Positions 57,676 to 64,000 of a DNA stretch of 64,000 nt are shown here, piece after piece. The stretch covers positions 6,073,962 through 6,137,961 of the forward strand of contig CAVNZM010000007.1 in NCBI GenBank assembly GCA_963693365.1, in the 5' to 3' direction. Each line of letters opens with the position of its first letter. Positions within the stretch are counted from its first letter, which is position 1. This DNA comes from Amoebidium appalachense. Lineage: Eukaryota > Protista > Ichthyosporea. The notes under the pieces were generated by a model that did not search any database, was not told where the DNA came from, and worked only from the letters and a program-made list of their open reading frames with translations. The position numbers were made by a program, and so were the translations under genes.

Positions 57676-58574
57676 TCAGTGGGTCTGTTAGCTTTGACGT
57701 GCACACACCAGGCACACGTGAACTAACAAAGTCACACATGTAGGTGTAGTGCTTGCTGGTGGCATGTTACAGACACACCATGCAGCAAAACATGAAAAGG
57801 GAAACTTGTCTCGGCAGGCTGAACTGCCTTCGTTAATTTGTCCCAGCAACCCCCCCCCCCTCCTCCCCCCCCCCCCCACACCGCTTCTTCCTCACCGCTT
57901 ACCCCTTCCGCCGACACCCACACAATCACCAACTGCACCTTTCTTACTCGTTCCTTCCTCCTTGTACATCGCTTGCTATCCCTTTAACTACCCCCCCCCC
58001 CCCCCCCCCCCCCCCTCTTGGGGGCCGGCCTCGTTCACACCTTAATAGAAACAGCCAAGCAGGCAGGCAGGCCGGGGTGGGTGGGTGGGTGGGTGGGTGG
58101 GGTGGTGGTGGTGGTGGTGGGGGGGGGGGGGGAGGGGGGGGGAAGAACAACCAGGTGGGAAAAAAAAACAAAAAACAAAAAAAAACAAAAAGAAAAACAA
58201 GCACGAGCACCACGTACCTTCATGTGCTTGGCCTGCACCCCATCGTCCACGGGGCTGCTGGGCCGCCGCTTAACAGCATTGCTCCTGGGCCACAGTTTGC
58301 CGTTTAGAAATATCGTCAACAGTGGAAAGGGATAATATAAATAACACATAACAATAATAACAAATAAAGAGGCAGGAAGGGATAAAAAAAAGGGAAGGAA
58401 AAAAGAGGGAGATGTATGTCACAACCTTGAAAATGGCACAGCCTTAGGAACAACATCATGCAGAGCAGCAAAACTCAGAGTAAGAGAATGGAAAAGCTGC
58501 AAATAACCTTCTAGCTTCACCCACGATGGCTGCAATGGAAGGAGCCCACGGGGGGGAGGGGGAGGAGGGGGAGA

Positions 58575-58605
<31 letters not shown>

Positions 58606-59426
58606 ACGGGATACATACGGTTGTGCAGTATCACCAGGGATGGGTGTGAGGGCGCGGACTGGTGCTGTTCTGTTCTGGTAGGTGGACATGATGAGGGAGG
58701 TCACGGCCATGGCTGGAAGACGATGCACCCCCATAACCTGATAGGGGTGGGTGGGTGGTGTGTGGTTAGATGAGGAGGAAGAGGGTGGTGTGTGATTAGG
58801 TGGGGAAGAGGAGAGAGGGATGGGGATGGTGTGCGACTAGAAAAGGGAAGAGGAGAGGGGTCCGTAGATGGTGTGCAGTTGGAAGAGGAAAGGAGAAGTG
58901 TGGGTGATAGGGGTTGGATCTTCTGTTTATCGAGCTCTGTTTTATTCCAATATTAGGTTTATCTAGAAGGGGGATGGCGGGAGTTGGAATCTCGATAAAG
59001 CACTATTCACTCTTGCAAATTCTGTGTATGGAGCTCTATTGGTTCCCTATCTTCCTTAACTTTATGTTGCTGACTTGCATACCGTACAGGGATAGGTGGA
59101 AAACCGCGGGGATGGTTGGGTTAAAACGGGGGGGGGGGGGGGGGGGGGGGGGGGTTCAAGGGGGAGTCAAAGGGAGAGAAAGTGATTGGAAAAACGTCCC
59201 GTATGCCTTGGGCAGTGCTTTCGTACCAAACCAATGCATGTCCCACAAATTGAAATTCCTATTCTTCTTCGGCCTTGTCAAACCGACATATGTGTGCATG
59301 TAGGGCACAAGGCGGGCGGGCGGGCGGGCGACCCGGGGGGAAGGGGGAAGGGGCGAGGGGAGGGCAGGGGGTAATGGGAGGTCACGGAAACACACGGAGT
59401 AGGTCTTGGGCCTGGTGTGTGTGTGT

Positions 59427-59477
<51 letters not shown>

Positions 59478-60072
59478 GGGAAAGTTGTTTTTCAAGACAT
59501 ACATTCATCAGGATGCGTGTAATCAGTGCCTGCACGTTGTGAGTTCCCCCCAGTGCCGTGGCCATGACATCCACCCACAGCAGCAAGGTGTTGTACAGCC
59601 AATCAGAAAGCAGGGGGCCAAAGTCATCACCGTCACCCTGGGCAAGAACTTGCAGTGCTCCTAGACGCTGTTCTACGACGCGGTTGTGACGCTCAAACAC
59701 GGAGGCGGATGAGCTCATTCCCTGAATAAATGATGTGCGGTCAGAGAAAGAAGTGGGGGAAGGGGCGAGGGGGGTGCGGGCCAGAGGGGGAGGGGAGAGG
59801 GGAGGGGGCGGGGGAGGTATGGGTGGTGGGAGAATGAGGGGGAGGGGGAGCAGGAGAGAGAGTGTGCGTGTACGAGAGAGAGGGAGAGAGAGAGAGAGAA
59901 AGGGGGGGGGGGGGGAGGGAGGGAGGGAGAGAGGGAGAGGCAGAGAGAGAGAGAGAGAGAAAGGACAAGAAAGAGAGGGGTGGGATTGGAGGGGGGAAGG
60001 GAGGGAAGGAGGGAGGGAGGGAGGGAGGGGGGGGGGGGGGGGGGGGGAGGGAGAGAGAGAGAGAGAGAGAGG

Positions 60073-60171
<99 letters not shown>

Positions 60172-60505
60172 AGGGAGAAAGAGAGAGGGCACGTACATTA
60201 GGCATCGAGGGCAGGGCCATCTGTGCAGCCAGCGCTGTTGCCGGGTGCATGTGCACATTCTCAAACAGCCTCTGCATGTGTGGCCGTAGGAAGTCCAGCA
60301 TTTCGGCACCCAGCCTGCCCTCCACCAGCCCCACTAGCTGCCCTACCTGCAGCCCAGCCATTGCATGTGCTACTACACGGCTGAGCCCCCGCGCTGTGGG
60401 TAACACAATATTGTTATGTTAATTAGCTCTGATGCTCTACATCTTCCTTCCCCCTCCCCCCCCCCCCCCCCCCCCCCCTCCAAATTCCCGCACACAGACA
60501 AAAGA

Positions 60506-60553
<48 letters not shown>

Positions 60554-62591
60554 AAAAGTCCGGCACAGGCACACCTGGGGGCAGATGTCACATCGCAAGA
60601 ACAGCCCCAGATGATATTCAACAGAAGCACGAGGGGCTGACCAATCAGGTAGGGCTTAAGTGTTGTGGCAAGGACGGAAAGGCGGCGAACGGAGAAATGC
60701 ATGTGAACCGGGGAGAGAAAGCTTTTTTTTTTTCCCTTTTGGGGGGGGGGGGGGGGGGGGGGGGGGGGCTGAAGCTGGGGGTGGGCAATCACCTAATTCA
60801 ATGTCAGACGGGGAGGCAGAGTTGATAGCCCACTGCAGTGTGCGTCCCATCACTGTTCCCCATTGATGTATTAGTCACATCAAACAAAATTAACGAAGAC
60901 TAGAGTGCACATACACCCTCACCCTCTTCCTCCAGTATTGTACCTGGCAAGCAAAGAGAAATTAAGGACTTTTGGGCATACATGACATCACCACACACTT
61001 TCAAAGGTCGACCGGTCGCATGAAAAAAAAGAGGGCATGTAAGAGAGAGCGGCAAATGGGGCAATCACGGATAGAAGGGGTTGGGGTGGAGGGAGGAGGA
61101 GGAGGGGGGGGGGGGGGGAGGGGGGGGGGGGAGAGGGCGGAGGGAAGGGAGGGAGGGAGGGAGGGAGGGAGGGAGGGAGGGATAGAGCGGGAGAGGGAGG
61201 GAAGCGGTGGATGTTTTTTATTTTGTGTTTTATTACATACCACCCATGCCGCCACCATAGCCAAACAGCAAGTTGCACACAGCACCCAACATAACGGCCC
61301 CGTCCTGCACAGGCTCTTCATTTCCATTTCCGTTGTGATTTTCATCTCCGTGCGCATGTTCGTAACCGTGGGGTTGGTTATGGAAATGGTATTCGTGATC
61401 GTGGTCGTGGTCGTGATCGTGATCGTGGTGGTGGTGGTGGTGGTGGTGGTCGTGATCGTGGTCGTGATCCTCCTGCACATGAATCGCACCAGGGGGCATA
61501 CCCAAAAGGCCGGAAAGCATCGCCTGAATCATATTCGTAAACGCCCCATGTCCATGTCCCTGTTCTTCTTCGTTCTGTCCGTTTTGCTCCCCAGGCACAT
61601 TCTCATTCGCGTTTGCATTCACGTTTGCGTTTGCATTCTCGTTGTTGTTTCCAGCATTATCATTGTTTTGTGCGGGTTGAGGATCTGCCGACGCTTGTCC
61701 TGACTGTTCATTGTTGCCGTGTGGGGGAGGTTGCGGGGCCTGGGGGGGGGGGTTGGTGAGGAGCAGGAGCGGCTTGGGATTCGTCGGCAGGTGGTTGGTT
61801 TGGTTGGTTTGGTTGGTTTGGTTGGTTTGGTTGGTTTGGTTGGTTTGGTTGGTTTGGTTGGTTTGGTTGGTTTGGTTGGTTTGGTTGGTTTGGTTGGTTT
61901 GGTTGGTTTGGTTGGTTTGGTTGGTTTGGTTGCACGGGTTGGGCGCTCGCCGGGGGTGGGTGCTGGTTGCGTGGTATGGACATGGGAAACCCGAACATAC
62001 CACCCATGCTGCCAAGGTCTAGCCCCTATTGGTGAAAAAACGAAAAGGAAAAAAATAGTCAGCGTTAGTTGTGTGTGCTACATATGAACAAAACTTGGAT
62101 AAAATGCCAGGGTTGGCTGTGTATATGGTGAAGAAAGATTCAGACAACTGATGTGTCATTTGGTGTACGTACAACGACCCTATTTTCCACACTCTTCATC
62201 GTGATTAGACCGATACGGGTCAAGATGAGGTTGAGCCGGGATATGTGTATCAACCAAAGAGATTCATGAATCCCATGATCCAAGTGCAAGCAAAACGTTG
62301 TGTCAAGACAGACTCCCAAGAGACACAGTTGCGAAAAACAAACACATATCCAGGATAATCAGGATTCAAAAAAGGGAAACACATGGGTGGCAGCGACCAG
62401 GGAGGGGGGGGGGGAAGAGGGGGGGGGGGGGGGGGAGGGGGGGGGGGGGACAGCGGAACACGGTACCAATTTAACTACACGATAAGAGGCACCGTGCAGG
62501 ACACATGCAAAGCAGGCAAACATTCAAGTATGAGAAGCAACATCACTGACGCGCGCAGTATGCAACATAAGCAGAGCCCATACTCAGGCTG

Positions 62592-62622
<31 letters not shown>

Positions 62623-63300
62623 AGGGGGGAGGGTAGAATGCGGAACACGGTACGAAGTAGGAAGGGTGGGGGAAGGGGGGCAGGGGTTTATATACCATGC
62701 CCTGCAAGGAGCCACCGGGCCCCGTCGCTCCAATGGTCAGGGGGATGTACATGCTGCCCCCCATGGTGAACGGCTGGAACGCTTGTGCATGCGCTTGTCC
62801 CTGCCCCCTGCCTCCTCCTTCACGCGCCGGGGCTGCATGTGCCTGTGGCGGTTGCCCATCCGCACCTCCTGCCTGTCCCTGTGCCTGTGATTGTTCCCGC
62901 CCGTCTGCCTGCGCCTGTGCCTCTGCCTGTGTGTCTCCCTGTGGCTGTGGCTGTGGCTGTTGTGGGTTCTGTTGCTGGTTTTCAGCTGGTGGGATATTGT
63001 TGTTGTTGGCGTTGTTGTTTCCGCCTGGGGGCTGATGGGCCGAGGGATTCTGGTTTTGCTGCATGAGGCCTGGGAAAATCTGGCGCATGGCCTGGGTGAT
63101 GGCTGCCTCAAGACCCGCTGCAAACCCATTCCCAAACTGCACAGGCTGCAAGCGTTGGTGTGGGTGAGTTGAGCGTGGAGGAGGAGAAGGGGGGGCGGGG
63201 AGGGAGGGGAGAGTGGGGGAGGGGTCGCTGCAAACACATTCCCAAACTGCACAGGCTGCAAGCGTTGGCGTTGGTGAGTTGAGGAAGGGGTAGGGGAGGG

Positions 63301-63334
<34 letters not shown>

Positions 63335-63854
63335 GGAAGGGGGAGAGTGGGGGGGGAGGGGGGAATGAGTGGAGGGAGATGGGGAGGTGGAGGAGGAGCA
63401 GAAGGAAGGGGGGGGGGGGGGGGGGGGGGGGAGGGGAGGGGGGGGAGAGGGGGAGGAGGGAGGAGAGAGAGGGGAAACTCGCCACCTTGCCACATTCTTC
63501 TCTACCACACAACCAAACAGACACACCCACCACAACTACCAGCCAAGAGACAAGACCCACACACGGGCAAGGGGAAAAAATCATATAAATGACGGGGAAA
63601 ATATCATAAGAAAAAAAACAAAAAAAGAACAATCCATTAAAGGCATGATCAGAAGAAGCAAACACCCTCCACAGGAAGAACATAAAGAAGACACTGCCAC
63701 CTGGAAACAAACTCACCATGTTAGTGCGTGTGTTGACCAGGGTAACGTTAGCCATCCTGCTGGAGAGTGATGTGTAGTTGCTGGCCAGCCACTGTAGGAA
63801 CCGGGCCACGTTGTGCACCAGTGACTGCCCAACCTGCTGCTGTTCTGGTGTTGC
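57676..63854 (-). CDS. BAG6: BAG6/Scythe-like large proline-rich protein, 5' end outside the window; exons about 63854-63717, 63146-62697, 62018-61250, 60860-60793, 60690-60575, 60385-60196, 59721-59503, 58737-58619, 58274-58218, 57684-57676
   Basis: [22 protein letters not shown] and [30 protein letters not shown] resemble BAG6 helical segments; Pro/Gln-rich middle; basic NLS-like tail. One apparent frameshift in a G-run at ~61745. Confidence 0.65.
61794..61931 (-). repeat. Exonic 9-bp tandem repeat encoding (NQP)n, about 14-15 copies
   Basis: (ggttggttt)n on the + strand inside a BAG6-like exon. Confidence 0.85.
62453..62660 (+). repeat. Dispersed short repeat family, one copy plus a partial copy
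   Basis: gcggaacacggtac..aggacacatgcaaag..cagtatgc..cataagcagagccca closely matches 24314-24440. Confidence 0.8.
63117..63283 (-). repeat. Duplicated acceptor and exon start of a BAG6-like exon (offset 110 bp)
   Basis: gctgcaaac.cattcccaaactgcacaggctgcaagcgttgg..ggtgagttgag at 63117 and 63227. Confidence 0.9.
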
Positions 63855-64000
63855 CTGCACCAGACATACACACGCTTTTCAGTTCTAGTTCTAGTTCTAG
63901 TTCTAGTTCTAGTTCACCTTTTTGCAGGTTTATCAACGACTAAATCCATATCACCGTTTCTTCTTAGAGACACGAACACATAACATTCATGCTTACCCCC

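Noticed and set aside
61740-61755. Frameshift suggesting a BAG6 pseudogene or programmed frameshift
   Set aside because: It falls in a G homopolymer, so a sequencing indel is the simplest explanation

Overview
Eukaryotic genomic DNA with short exons and GT-AG introns packed with poly-G/poly-C, (CA)n and (GA)n tracts. Almost all ORFs in the supplied track are translations of these microsatellites. The gene content looks holozoan or animal-like, and a unicellular holozoan such as an ichthyosporean is my guess, not something the sequence proves. Five host genes could be assembled by hand: ACBD6-like (+), a 21-exon SCAI (-), an RDH12/13-like short-chain dehydrogenase (-), a RacGAP1-like C1-RhoGAP (+) and a 5'-truncated BAG6-like gene (-). 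There is also a disrupted BTB/beta-propeller gene. Mobile DNA includes two Mutator-like MITEs with exact 9-bp target-site duplications, a dispersed short repeat family bordered by G-tracts, and an element bounded by 79-bp direct repeats. The most unusual region is the first 3.6 kb. It holds a head-to-head pair of apparently paralogous genes predicted to encode tandem OB folds, followed by a Helitron-like terminal hairpin. Also notable are a decayed antisense CxxCxGxG repeat overlapping the SCAI stop codon and several tandem duplications that copy splice sites. All family calls come from remembered motifs, not database searches.
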